Of a stretch of 64,000 nt of DNA, positions 13,601 to 26,215 are shown piece after piece. The DNA comes from Malacoraja senta (Eukaryota). The notes under the pieces are model-generated. The model made no database searches, was not told the DNA's origin, and worked only from the letters and a program-made list of their open reading frames with translations. How positions within the stretch are numbered: the stretch's first letter is position 1; each line of letters opens with the position of its first letter. A program made the position numbers and the translations under genes. The DNA lies in contig JAXLNO010004868.1 of assembly GCA_038087875.1 (NCBI GenBank), forward strand, positions 62,001-126,000. Direction: 5' to 3'.

Positions 13601-16600
13601 AAAAAGCAAGTAGTGTCCAATGAAATAATACACTCATCACCAATCTTCCAACTGGGTAATGCTAACTAAATGAGTTATTAATTAAATATTTACACCATCA
13701 AAAATGATGGAACCAAAATGTGGATAATTCCTAAGATCCTGTCATTTTCCTTTTGCAACAAACCTACAGTATTACAACTCAACAGGACTAAACAATATTG
13801 ACATCAAGCCATCAATAAAGGCAGATAACCAATCATTTGGTCAAAAAGGTAACTTTTAAGGACTGCCAGAAAGGAGTGGGGAGGGGGGGACCGAGAAATC
13901 TGCAAAACATCTGAAGAATTCTGCTGACGTATATGTTCCTATTATCCAGATGCAGATTGAGTGGTCAGTTTACCCAGCAACTGGCAGGAATTCAGGAAGT
14001 TTCAGGGAATTCATGCTCCACTATTAGTTATGGTATAGAGTCCCAAACTCTAGCCTGGTTTTTGCCAACAGAAACTAATGAACAAAGTCACTGCTTCTGC
14101 ATTTTTGTGACAATGTCTTGGGGAGAATGTGCACACACCACACAGATAGGATTGAACCTGGATCTATGGAACTGTGAGACAGCCATGCTCACAACTGCAC
14201 CACCGTTCTGATCATATATACTCCACTGAAGGAAAATTCAGCCTGGCTAAGCTGCTTAACATTAGATCTCCAACTCGGAAGCAGTGCATGTGTGGTGTCT
14301 AATGTCGTCAAGAGCATCATGGAAGTGAACATTTTTTAATGATATTAAAAGTTGTAATGGCTAACAGAGAATATTTTTTGGTCATTTTCATTCTATTAGA
14401 ACTTATATTATTCAGATTATAGTTCACCTGACATATCTGTCCAATTTATCATCCACTTATTGACAACTTGGAGTTGCACAAACTTTTCTTTTTAGTGAGC
14501 TACGCGCTATTTTTCTTCTCAACTATAATTATTGCAAAGTTCTTCCTATACCATCTTCAGAACTTTAGACTTTTGAGATACAGCGTGGAAACAGGCCCAT
14601 CGGCCCACCGGGTCCACGCCAACTAGCGATCACCCCGACACTAACACTATCCTACACATAAGGGACAATTTACAATTTACAGAAGCCAAGTACAGTACAA
14701 ACCTGTACGGGTTTAGAGTGTGTATGTGAACAGGAGCACCCAGAGAAAACCCATGAGGTCATAGGGAGAACGTACAAACTCCATACAGACAACACCTGTA
14801 GTCAGGAGTAAACCTGGATCTCTGGAGGTGTAAGGCAGCAACTCTACCGCTGCGCCACTGTGCTGCCATAGTTTTGAATATGAAAATTGAGCGAACTCAG
14901 CAAGAATCATTGTAAAACATTTTTTTTTCTTTTTCTCTATTTTTTAAACTGTCCTAGCAATGTTTCATGCATAACCTTTAATATCTGTGAGCATTAACTT
15001 TAATCATCAGCGTTATGAAGCATTTTGAAATTTCATATAGACGGAGAGAATACACATTTTGTTGGATTCGATTTTATAAATCAATGTTATCTGATATACA
15101 TTACCTTACATGCCACAATATCTGTTAACTTACAGGTGAGCAATAATATACCAGTAGACTACCAGCTACTCTTTCCATTTTCCTCATCTCTTCTAAAGAA
15201 CTCTGATTGCAGTCCTCAATCACCTCTGCAAAGTCTGTTAGTACAATTGGAAATAAGGCAGTATGATCTATTAATTCATCAATCTTGTTATCGGAATGTA
15301 TGCAGGATTTGTACAAATCCCTCGGTTTTGATTTTGCACCACTTTTAGCTGTTTTGGATCTCATTGCAGATATACTTTTTTACACAGTCCCTTCCATACA
15401 CACTGGTTTGTCATACCCATTTTTTGCTCCTTTGCACAATTGGTTTGGCCTCTACCTTTCTAAATGTCACTCACCACTCTCATTATCCCTGTTTAAATAT
15501 ATTAAAACTAAGTTATAATTACGATATGATACGATAGAACTTTATTTATCCCAGGAGGGAAATTAATTACGCAGAAGGATGATGATTGATGAACAAACTA
15601 ACAATTACAGAAAGCTTACAAAATAATCAGATTTACCTCTGCCATCAATGAATTTTTCAAAGAAGTCGGGAAAATTTTTTGGTGATTCATACAGGGCAAA
15701 ATGGTTATGGAAATAATAAGAAGAGACAAGTACATCCTTAGGATTCCGTGCAACATAAATAACCTGTAAGAACCAGAACATGAAATGCAGAACAACTAAA
15801 ATTGTACAAAAACATAAAAGATGACAGATTACATGAATTAAATAGTGTAGCAAATTGATTTTGGATAGATCTTAATTAATATTGACTCATGTGCAAATCA
15901 AATAATGGACACTGACTGGTTATAATTTATGAGCAAATCATCTTTAGTTGCAAATTGCCACAATGACAAAACTGACACTGTTCTATCCAATCCAACATGC
16001 TTCACAGAGTTACAGAGTTTTACAACATGGAAACTGGTCGTTCCGCCCATCAGGTCCATGCCGACCAGAGGGCACCGATCTGTATTATTGCCAACTTTCA
16101 CCACTCAGTCTTTAGTCTTCAATCAGTGATTCTAGTGTTCAGCTAGACACAGCATAAATGTTTAAAATGTTAAAACTAATGTTTCTTAATTTACCACGTA
16201 TTATATTGAATTCATTTTATAGAAACATGTGTCATAGCAAAACATAGCAAGACTCCCAAAATGCATCACCTCACTGATTATCAGAATTAAACTCCATCTG
16301 CCGTTTCTCAGCCCAATTCACCAGAATATTGATATCGTCCACACTGTCAAGGACATCATCTATCTTAGTGTTATCTGCGAACTTACTGATCACGCAATTA
16401 AATCCACATTCAAATTATTCATATATATTGTAAACAGCCAAGATGCCAGAATTGAATAATGTGAAACTCTATTTGTCACTGGCATCCAATCACAAAAATA
16501 ATCTTCCATCACCATCATGGTTGCTTCATTTCTGAGAATAAACAAATATTTTCTCCTTCCTTTATCACTTTCACCAATTTCCTCATGAATCCAAACATCC

Positions 16601-19600
16601 TTCTATCTCCATACCAGATTTTGACCACAAAGGTGAATCCACATTCATTCCCTCCTCTGGTCAGCTTTCAAATCTTAATCTCTTTGATATCCAATTTGCA
16701 TGGTAAAAGAGATGAAAATCCCCACCCAAGATCGTAAACACATGGTCTGCACTTCAAAAGCATTTTTGCTCTGAAACTAAAATCCTTTAATTTGTGCACT
16801 CCAACACAATATGAGGCAAAATATCACCTCTTTACTCAACAGCTACACCACAACAAAATAAATCCATGGAGCCATCAAATTAAAACCTGTGATTTTCCTT
16901 TGTGGAGGTAGACAAACATGCTGGAGAAACTCAGCGGGTGAGGCAGCATCTATGGAGCGAATAGGTGACGTTTCGGGTCGAGAGCCTTCTGAGGGATGAT
17001 TCAATTAATAAAAAGCAGCTGATATCCAACAGTTGTACACTATGCAGATTTTGACAAATATTCACTTCGTATACATTAAGCATATTTTGATAAATGTAAA
17101 ACATTAAATGATATACATTTAAAGTAATTCTTTAAAATGTTATTTAGAGTCATAGAGTCATAGAGTGATACAGGGTGGAAACAGGCCCTTCGGCCCAACT
17201 TTCCCTCACCGGCCAACATGTCCCAGCTACACTGTCTAACTGTTTCTTAAAAGTTGGGATAGTCCCTGCCTCAACTTCCTCCTCTGGCATACACCCACCA
17301 CCCTTTGTGTGAAAAAGTTACCCATCAAATTCCTATTAAATCTTTTCCCTTTCACCTTAAACCTAGGTCCTCTGGTCCTTGATTCCCCTACTCTGGCCAA
17401 GAGACTGTTACTTTACCCAATCTATTCCTCTCATGATTTTATACACCTCTTTAATATCAACCCTCATCCTCCTGCTCTCCAAGGAATAGATTCCCAGCCT
17501 ACTCAACCTCTCCCTATAGTTCAGACACTCTAGTCCTGGCAACATCCTCGTAAATCTTCTCTGTACCCTTTCCAGCTTGACAATATCTTTCCTATAAAAT
17601 GGTGCCCAGAACTGAACACAATACTCTAAATGCGGTCTCACCTACGTCCTATACAATTGCAATATAACCTCCTAATTTCTATACTCAATACTCTGATTGA
17701 TAAAGGCCAGTGCCAAAAGCCTTTTATGTACCTGCGACTCAACCTTCAAGGAACCATGCACCTGCACTCCTAGATCCCTCTGCTCTACAACACTCCCCAG
17801 AGCCCTACCATTCACTGTGTAGGTCCTGCCCATGTTAGACTTCCCAAAATGCAACACCTTACATTTCTCTGTATTATATTCCATTAACCATTCCTCAGTC
17901 CACCTTGCCAATCGATCAAGATCCTGCTGCAGTTCTTCACAACCATCTTCACAATCTGCAAAACCAGCCACTTTTGTATCATCTGAAAAATTGCTAATCT
18001 TGCCGTGTATGTTCTCATCATAATCATTAATGTAAATGACAAACAGTAACAGGCCCAGCACCGAACCCCGAGGCATACAACTAGTCACAGGCCTCCAGTC
18101 CGAGAAGCAACCCTCCACCATCACCCTCTGCTTCCTTCCATGAAGCCAATTTTTGATTCATTCAGCAATCTCTCCTTGGACCCCATGCGATCTAACTTCC
18201 CAGAGCAGCCTACCATGCGGAACCTTGTCGAGGTTTGAGGTTTTTTGCAAATATTCATAATTGTCAATACTGTGCCGGTTCCATAATAGTATTACTATCA
18301 AGGTATAACATGTAGCCTGATACTATACATTATATATTGAAACAGAATTGGTTAGTTTTCTGATTGGATGACATACATTTGTCATTTGCATGTATTAAAT
18401 ATTTATTACGTATAGAAAAATCAGAAATAAGTTTTCCAAAATAAATTTGTTTAAAGGGAGTTATTGGGTATCTAATCGGGGAGGGTTAGGCATGAATTCC
18501 AGAGTTTAGAGATATGATAGGGATTGCCTTTAGTTGGCGGCGTGATTAAAAATTAGGCATGTTTGTCCAATACATTTTAGTGCTATTTAAAAAAAAACTC
18601 TTACTTTTCCCTTCTTTCCCTTCAAAGCTTTAGGAACGAGATGGTAGGGCAAATGTGTGACATTCAGTCGAGGTGATGGGCGTGCCGGGAAATTTGAGTT
18701 TGGCACCTCAATCCAAGGAGCACGTTGTATTGTTGGTTTACTCTGAACATCATCCAGATCACCATCAGCGTAAATTAAACTCAATATTTGCTGCATCCAT
18801 ATGGTACCTGGTGTGCAGAAGAGAAGTGTAGTGAACGAAAAAGACACACAATGTTGCTCATATTCCAACTTACACCGAATGATGGGAACACTAGCTTCCA
18901 TAAAGAGAATCAAAAAAATCTGCAGAAGCTGGAAATCAGAAATAAGCACTAATAAATGCTGATAAAACTAAACAGATCAGGCAGCCTCTGGAAAAGTTGG
19001 CATCTTGTCACGAGTACAAGGGGAGCCAAATACTTCTCCAGAAACACCAGAAAGACTTAAGCACCCCTTGATCTACCCCAAATTCCATTCCCTATGAACA
19101 GATTCCATCCAACCTCATGCCAACAACTTGAGGCCAAACCAATTTGTGTGTAATCTTGAGTAATTTATGACAGACGTGGCAAATGGACTACTTACTCATC
19201 CCATATCAATGCTATATCTATAAATCAGATATCAGCGCTGCCTCAGTTTATCAGCTGAAGAAATACATACTGTTCGGATACATTCTTGGCTTCTGAGCCT
19301 CTAATCTCTAAACTTACTGCTAACTCACAATACTACTTCTGTGCTTGCCAACTTACATGGGCTCCTGGTAATACAAATTCACAATTTTAAAATCTTTGTT
19401 CTAGTTTTTAAAATCTCTTGTTCCTACATTTCCGCACACCAGTTCTGGTTTCTGGTCACTCTCAAATTTCATTTTACCATCTCCTTTCAGGAATACCCTC
19501 CTTAAACTTTTCTCTTTTTCTCTTTTTGTCTTAACTTTTTGACCAAGTTTTTGACCATCTGTCTCAATTTCTGAAATATGATGTGATTTTTGTTTTGATA

Positions 19601-20257
19601 TTGTTTTTGTAAAATTATCAACTCTTGTTGCCTCAAAACCTTTGATCCAAAAGCAGTAGTTGCTGCCTTACAGCGCCAGAGACTCTGTTCTATCCTGACA
19701 TTGGACGCTTGTCTGCACAGAGTTTGTACGTTCTCCCCGTGTCCTGCGTGGGTATTCTCCGGGAGCTCCGGTTTCCTCCCACACACCAAAGATGTAGAGG
19801 TATGCAAGTTAATTGGCTTGGTATAATTGTAAGTTGTCCCTAGTGTGTAGGATCGTGTAAGCGTGCTGGGATCACTGGTCGGCGCTGACTCGATGGGCCT
19901 AAATTAAACTAAATCTGTATCTCTAAACTAAACTAAACAACAGAATAACAAGGTAGGTGTATAGCTTTAAAACTAGTGCCCTCAAAGCCTGGGGAATGAG
20001 ATAGCTTAAAACAAAATCTGTTGTTGTAAATGGATGGAACGAGTAGAGGAGAGAGCAGCGCCAACAAAACTCTGAAGCTTTTGACTACTTTCAGAAATAA
20101 CCCATAGTTTCTTACCAGATTTAGGATATGTCACAATGAAGACATCCGAATCCTTTATTTCAAAATGTTCCAGTTGTTCTAAATGTTCTTTTTTGTAGAT
20201 AGCTGAAACAAAGTTACAGCCTTTGTACTGAAAATAATGATTATCAGCCGAGGACAT
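4551..20257 (-). CDS. Cytosolic PAPS-dependent sulfotransferase, SULT2/SULT3-like, 6 coding exons, 284 aa; join(20257-20116, 18807-18605, 15763-15637, 13309-13215, 11314-11143, 4666-4551)
   Basis: Exons of 142+203+127+95+172+116 = 855 nt join in frame across GT-AG introns. Motifs: TYPKSGT (5'-PSB loop), [12 protein letters not shown] (catalytic His), RNPKDVLVS (3'-PB), [18 protein letters not shown], and the KxxxTVxxxE dimer motif ([10 protein letters not shown]). The unsplit second coding exon fits SULT2/3 rather than SULT1 structure. Confidence 0.95.
4990..6030 (-). mobile_element. Stacked CR1 3'-end fragments in the last SULT intron
   Basis: Repeated gagtcataga/ggaaacaggcc tails and the reverse complement of the LEYxVQFWS region. 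Confidence 0.7.
6820..7750 (-). mobile_element. Rex1/Babar-type LINE 3' fragment, decayed
   Basis: [21 protein letters not shown] and [11 protein letters not shown], homologous to the Rex1 at 29759-31100. Confidence 0.8.
9076..9830 (-). mobile_element. Probable non-autonomous Helitron with C/T low-complexity interior
   Basis: First ~70 nt align with the Helitron 3' end at 55417 (ctcgactaagtgggtccc...cccccaa.acaatatt); hairpin half deleted; far boundary uncertain. Confidence 0.55.
11143..11314 (-). CDS. SULT coding exon 5 ([10 protein letters not shown]...SFLRK/G)
   Basis: Acceptor tggcag; donor G|gtact; 172 nt. Confidence 0.95.
11520..12470 (+). mobile_element. CR1 3' fragment interrupted by an antisense CR1 tail (~11620-11855)
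   Basis: DKCEV...[10 protein letters not shown]...RTRGH motifs; the inserted piece reads [13 protein letters not shown] on the minus strand. Confidence 0.8.
12660..13145 (-). mobile_element. Decayed Penelope-like 3' end (GIY-YIG C-terminus plus terminal repeat)
   Basis: Minus strand reads [23 protein letters not shown], homologous to the end of ORF 45389-45955. Confidence 0.75.
13215..13309 (-). CDS. SULT coding exon 4 ([13 protein letters not shown]...YEEMQK), not in the ORF track
   Basis: Read manually on the minus strand; acceptor gatag; donor AAG|gtatag; 95 nt, the conserved SULT exon size; phases match both neighbours. Confidence 0.94.
14560..14868 (-). mobile_element. V-SINE (HE1-like)
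   Basis: tRNA head ggcagcacagtggcgcagcggtagagttgctgcc, V core and tail. Confidence 0.85.
15130..15500 (-). mobile_element. Old CR1 endonuclease-start remnant
   Basis: ...SDNKIDELI... resembles NARSIRNKVDEL of the CR1 ORF at 38160. Confidence 0.5.
15637..15763 (-). CDS. SULT coding exon 3 ([16 protein letters not shown]...DGR)
   Basis: Acceptor cttacag; donor G|gtaaat; 127 nt, the conserved SULT exon size. Confidence 0.96.
17145..18232 (-). mobile_element. CR1 RT and 3' fragment
   Basis: [15 protein letters not shown]...FSDDTK...[11 protein letters not shown]; gagtcata tail repeats. Confidence 0.92.
18605..18807 (-). CDS. SULT coding exon 2 (GTIWMQQ...THLP...KKGK)
   Basis: Acceptor cag|GT ACC; donor AAA|gtaag; 203 nt. 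Confidence 0.95.
19650..19940 (+). mobile_element. V-SINE (HE1-like)
   Basis: V core gtttgtacgttctccccgtg...ggtttcctcccaca; (aaact)n tail. Confidence 0.85.
20116..20257 (-). CDS. SULT coding exon 1 (MSSADNHYF...TYPKS/G)
   Basis: ATG at 20257; acceptor ttttgtag puts the exon start at 20279, implying an upstream non-coding exon; donor G|gtaag at 20115. Confidence 0.92.
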
Positions 20258-20989
20258 TTTTTGTGTACAAATGAGAAACCTACAAAAGATGAACATCAAA
20301 ATATATTCATCCAAATGTCATATATTTGATCAGGGGGAAAATGACAACAATATGCATTATATTGAACTTATTCCCTCATAGGATGTTGCTAGAGTATAGT
20401 ATTCTTGCATTTTTACTTCTCCCCAGTCATTGTCTTATGTGGATTCACAGTCTATTTTATGTGGATCCGGACTGCTCAAAACCTCTGCTTCTTTTGTGAC
20501 CCAAGAATAAGCTTCTGTAGCCACATCATTAATAAAGTAATCTTGACCAACATAAAGAACATGGAAAAAATATGTCCGTCCAACCTACCACATAAAACAA
20601 TTGCTATTGTTACTTTCGGAAACTCTAAATAAAAACCACAGTCCCTTTTTGGATGTGCTAAATTCACTCTATATTCCAATTTTGAAATGTAGCTCGTCAA
20701 TGTTACTTTATTTCACATGGTGAACACGTTTTAACCTTCAATAACACTCTCCAGGCCAGGGAACCATGTTCCTTAAAATACGGTCGTCCAAACCTCAAGC
20801 ATGCTTATCCATTTCCACACGAATGCCCCATTCAAAAGGATTAAAACAAAATAACCCTATTATTTAAGTGGGAGAAAAAAAAAGGATCAACAAATTGGTT
20901 AACTAATTATCTGTGGGAGGGAAAATGCCTGAGCCTATTAAGAAAAAAATGTAGAACTAAACAGAGTCATTAATGCTTCATGATTTATG

Positions 20990-21900
20990 CCAGAATTGGC
21001 TTCATGGAAGGAGGGTGGTGGTGGAAGGTTGTTTTCGGACTGAAGTTCTTTGACTAGTGGTGTGCCTCAGGAATCAGTGCTGGGCCCATTGCTGTCTGTG
21101 GTTTATATCAAAGATTTAATTGAAAATGTACAAAGCATGATTAGACAGTTTGCAGATAGTTTAGATGAGTTTAGAGATACAGTATTGAAACTGGCCCTTT
21201 GGCCCACTGAGTCAGTGCCGACCAGCAATCACCAGTACATTAGTTCTAGACACTAGGGACAATTTAGAGAAGTCAATTTGCCTACAATCCTGCACAGGTT
21301 ACAGGGAGAATGTGCAAGCTACGCAAAAGACTGCACTCGCAGTCAGGATCAAACCCGGGACTCTAGTGCTGTAAGGCAGCAACTCTGCCGCTGCACCTCT
21401 GTGCCACCTACACAAAAGTAGGTGGGGTATTGTAAACAGTGAAGATGGTTATCAGAAATTACAGCAGAATCTTGATCAGTTGTGAGACTGCTTTACCGAA
21501 GGAACATGAGGAAATGCTGTTTATTCCATTTCATGGAGACATGACTCACTCGCAACTCGCCAGACTCCGCCCAAAGGTTTCTCGATTCAACACATGATCC
21601 CGATGGCCGCATCGGAATATCAAAGAGGCGGTGGTGTCTCCCTCATCGTAAACTCTCCTTGGTGCTCATTGTGATCGTCCAAATCCCGCTCCCTGCACCT
21701 GAACGTCTAGCAAAGATGTGTTAACCATTCTACCTCCCAGGGCATTTCACTTCCATCATCATGACTGTGGTCTACATCCCACCCCAGACATATGTTTGGC
21801 TGGCTTGCAGTGGTCGACAAACACCAGACATATACCTTGATGCCTTCCCAATCTTATCTGGGGACTCACACTGGGCTAGTTTGTAGAAGTTTGACGAAAT
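20990..21900 (+). mobile_element. CR1 RT fragment with an antisense V-SINE inserted (~21160-21410), followed by a Rex1 endonuclease remnant
   Basis: SGVPQESVLGP...FAD interrupted by the SINE; 21500-21900 aligns with Rex1 EN at 28030-28400. Confidence 0.7.
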
Positions 21901-22386
21901 CAATTTCAAACTACCATCTGCACTTTTGCACATCTCAAAAAGAGCATCAATTAAAAAAAAGGCAGAGAATGAGAGAGTAGGTACGAGACACCTCCAATTA
22001 CCCTTTAACCAATGCCACATTTCTCAATGTATTCAAGCGATTGCTCATTGTATTCAGGCACCAAGTGCAGAAAAACTCACATGATTCAGCTGTTAAAACA
22101 TGTGGAAGTTTTATGTGCAAAGCCATTTATATTTTGCATGTGCTTCCACTGATAATGATACGATTGTAACCAAACGTTGTTGCTAATGTTTAATTTTTTT
22201 AAATATATATCACATTTCATCCCCTCTGAATTTGAATGAAAATGATTACAAAAAATACTGATAAATCTAGACCTTGACTACCATATCCCTTTTCTAAATT
22301 CATTTGTTGAATTTGTTATGAGACAGAAGCATTAGATGGTAACATTTTGTTTGGAGGGGTATTCCTCTTCATTACATCGCTTAGAG

Positions 22387-23850
22387 CAGCTATTCTCAAC
22401 CGTTTTTGGCCACATCCCCCTTAGGAGCTCTTCTCAGTTTCCAGGGCTCCCTGTCAAACTGGGATACAACACGAACAGATAGATAGAAAATCATTTATTA
22501 TTAGACACCAAGAAAACTTGAACATCCGACATACTGGATTTTTTTTTAAAGTGTATGAAATTAAACACATATCAGGCCTAATGCGATCCTTGAGCTAGGT
22601 GTTTTTCTGCAAGTTTCATGATATCAGGCTCCAAATTAGACAATGAATATCGGAGGTCTCCTCTTGTCGCGATATCAATTCTGTTTCTAGATTTTATCAA
22701 GGAAACTACCTTGCTGAATCCGCACTCAACCAAATATGTTGAGGGAAAGACAATAAAAAATCTTTGGGCTTTTTCCCACAGTATTGGAAATTTGTTTGGC
22801 AGATGACTGAACTGACGACGTGCAGTTATATCACTCTGAAGATCAATCAAACTCTCTTGAATTTCTGCCCCAACTTGGGTGGGTTGTACGTCAAATGGAT
22901 TCAAAATCCAATCCGGTTTTGAACATTTCAAAATTCAGCGGCGACAAGAAAAAAGTTATTACTCTTTAGGTGACTTGAGGAGACAACTCACGACCATACA
23001 GGCATCACCCCGCGACCATTGGGCGACAGCATAGTCGCCAAAAAAATTGCCTAAGTGGGACAGGTCCTTTAGTGATGTGGGGAAACTCGCTACATATGTT
23101 TAGTCGTGAAATCATCCAAATTACCGTGAAAATGACAATTTCAACAGATTTAGCAAATTACATAACGTAAATGCATAATAATATAATATTCCAATTTTCC
23201 TTGTCATATGCAATTGCTAAAAACTGTCAACTGCTATTTTGTTCCAAGCTAAATTGACAATATTGACTGGGAAATGGTTTAGGAAGGCTGCCTAAACGTT
23301 TTTGACTTGGGAGGAAGCACGCGAAATACAGATACATTACTGATAAAAATTGTCTCAACCGGAGCCAGGAATATTTTGCAGTACTAAACATGTTTCACAA
23401 CTTACCTTAACGTATGTTATATCCAAACACATACACTTTAAAGTTACTTGGCTAAAAAAGTCCTAGCAAGACACACTGATCTTCGGAGAGTGAAGTATGG
23501 CGATAATGGTTGCGAGAAAGCTTGATTGAATACGTTGAACTGGTGCAGTCTGATTCACGACTGACTCTGAAGCAAAGATACCCTAGTATCTTTGATCTGA
23601 AGTGAGGCAGTGCAAGGCTGTGGGAGGAGCTTAAGCAATGAATTCAATGGGCTCGCCGAATTCAAACGGTGTGTTGGAAAGATATTATAAATTGACTCCA
23701 ATTAAGGTTGCTGCTTGGTATTTATTCGTTTCAGTTACCATGGCCCCCCATAAACCCTTGTGGCTCCACTTCTCACAGTTTTCAGTCTGTGGCCCCCTTC
23801 AAATGTGCCAGGAGGGGGGGGGGGCGTATGGCCTCCGTTGAGAATGGCTA
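22387..23850 (-). mobile_element. hAT (Charlie/Buster-type) deletion derivative
   Basis: TIRs cagctattctcaac / gttgagaatggcta; ORF 22578-22931 (LIDLQSD...FPSTYLVECGFS...GDLRYSLSNLEPDI...QGSH) is a Buster-type transposase C-terminus; TSD decayed. Confidence 0.85.
22935..23070. mobile_element. Harbinger-like MITE end; related copies start at 47191 and 53366
   Basis: Terminal ..CCTGTCCCACTTAGGC next to TTA in all three copies; resembles the TIR of the element at 31104-32950. Confidence 0.6.
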
Positions 23851-24149
23851 ACAGAGTAGAAGATGAGGGAAATTCTGTTTTGGCAAATGTTTATCCATAA
23901 AGCTGATAACTACAGCAAACATTCTTATACATTAGGATGTTATTGCTAATGCCCATCTTTGCACACTGGTTGAATCCATCTAAAGTATAGTCTTGGATCT
24001 GCCAATGTCTTTAGATGGTCCTTGGTTTCTCCAAAATATTCCAAATGGAATTTAATCTGGAGGTGGTGGAGGGAGGACTTAAGCCAGAAAGGGTTTTTGG
24101 GAATGAGGTTTCTTCACGTAACACTAATCCAGACAAACTACAAATTACA

Positions 24150-25900
24150 TTTATTCAGGGAAATGAATACATCCCATTGACAAAATGATTGAGTGATATT
24201 TTGTTCAAATACAAAATCAACCGCTTTGAAGAACAATCAATCTTTGTGTGTAGATATTCCATGTGCATTCTGACATGCTGGCCAACAGTAATGCTGCCAG
24301 TCTGTCCTGTAGTTTTATGTTGTATTTTACAAAAAGTGCAATCCGCCTCAACTTCATTTTCTTTCATCTTTTTCAATCTTGCTCAGTCTGAACTGATTTT
24401 TAACAACTATTTGAGGTTCAACTATTTGCTGTGCGTGCATTTGACTCCATTCCTGCTGAGAAATTGGGCAAATTCAGTACCATTGATGTTCTTCCAGGGT
24501 TTCTTGTGATGGAAAACAAGTAGGAATGACAATTCTCAACTTTGATTGTGATGGACATGTGCCTTTAGCAGCTGTTTCTATCCACTTTGAATATCCATCC
24601 AAGATCACAAACATTTTTCCTCACAAATAGACCTGCGAAATTTGTTCAGATCAACCAAAGTTCTTGCTGTAGCTTACATTCCTCCAATGATCTCCTGCTC
24701 CAAATCTAAACCACCAAACGTGACCTCTGACAATGTTTTGAACCAGGATATCTGGAATGTAAAAATTATAAGTGTTAAGTTTAGGTATGATTATTACGGT
24801 TATGAGGATGTATTGTAAGATAACTTTAATAATACAATTTTGGAACAGTGTATTAATCAATTATATTTTAGGTAAAGAGCATATACCGTGAAGGTGAAAT
24901 TGTGTTACCTGCCTCCAAGTTAAAGGGGGAGGAGTGTTGTGTATGAAATAGAAATTGTGTTACCTGCAAGTTAAAGGGGGAGGAGTGTTGTGTATGAAAT
25001 ATGATTAACATATATAAGGTCTTGTGCAATTGACACATGCGCAGGAGATACTCTTCGTGGCGTCCAGAATAAAAGAAGCTCGTTAGTTTACTCCCGTGTC
25101 CGAGTATTATTTAAAGTCCATTTCCAGCACCAAATACACAACAATGTCCTTCAAGCAACTGCTTCAAAATGGCTACTTCTCCTGGAAGTGGAACATTTCG
25201 GTATCTTCCAAAGAGTCACATCTGTCTTTTTTTGCCTTGTTTTTTAAATTTGGTGAAAAAATGCTTATGATATCGACATAGCCGTGTAAGGTTGTGGTCA
25301 CATCTTATCATGCTTGCAACCTTTGGCATTGTAACTAAAGTCCTTTCAATCTATTCCAACAATCACACCCATTAATGTCCACTCACATGATATCTGACAG
25401 TGCATCTGCATTCCAATTATACTATCCACCCTTCTTTGAGAAACCTCAGTAGGCCAAACTAGGAGCAGCCAACACTGCTCCAACCTTGTCCATAACTGAG
25501 TAGAGTCATCCAGCATCAATCTCATAGCCAAGCCCATCTACTGAGCCAGCAAAAAGGCACATTCTTCCTCAAACATATTCCTACTTCATGGAGCAAAGTA
25601 CAGCTTCTTAATTCTTGTATTACTGTTCCATCTTGCTCAATATCAATGTATCAACAATGTGACTATAACTCTTCATAGACTTTGATCAAACTATCCATTG
25701 TCTGTTGTGTATTGCCCAGAGATTGTGCGAATGACCAATGGAAGAATATTTATTGGTGAGTACTCACTTTAACATTTTCTCAACTTAATCTGCTTGTAAG
25801 CATACAATATATTGTTCTTCAAACTTTTGACACTTACGGCATCTTTCAACATTGCTTCTCTGTTAATTGTTAATTTATAATCCTCACAAATTCCAAATTG
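24150..25900 (-). mobile_element. Very old Gypsy pol remnant (RT, RNase H, integrase traces)
   Basis: Minus-strand traces across frameshifts: VGAVL, NADALS, HVWW, MFVILDGYSKWIE, EFAQFLSRNGVK. Confidence 0.65.
24986..25143 (+). mobile_element. 158-bp LTR with upstream polypurine tract (orphan 3' end of an LTR element)
   Basis: 10-bp terminal IR tgttgtgtat...atacacaaca, PPT aagggggaggag immediately 5', internal tataa and aataaa. Confidence 0.85.
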
Positions 25901-26215
25901 TGTCATCTTCAGCAAAAGGCATTTAAGAGGCTTTTAGATAGGCACGTGGAAGTGCAGGAAATGGAGGAAAATGGATCATGTGCAGGCAGATGAGATTTTA
26001 TTTGTCATTTACTACAAGCAGGTTTAAAACATGGAACATGTTGTAGAATAGTATACACCATAGTACTGAAACCTATGTTCCCCATATTTCAGTTGTTAGT
26101 CTTTTTCTAATTTTGCTTAAAGTGGTTGTATTGTTCTCTGATTTCATGTACAGCAGAGTAACTGATTTTGTTTCATTGTGGAAGTACTTTACACCTAAAT
26201 AAAGAAAAAAAAAGT

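Noticed and set aside
15125-15364. Possible extra SULT exon with a gtaagt donor
   Set aside because: Exons 3 and 4 already join in frame with conserved sizes; the sequence resembles decayed CR1 endonuclease.
20258-20314. Longer SULT N-terminus (MDEYILMF...) in the ORF track
   Set aside because: It crosses a polypyrimidine/AG acceptor at 20280; the ATG at 20257 gives a normal SULT length.
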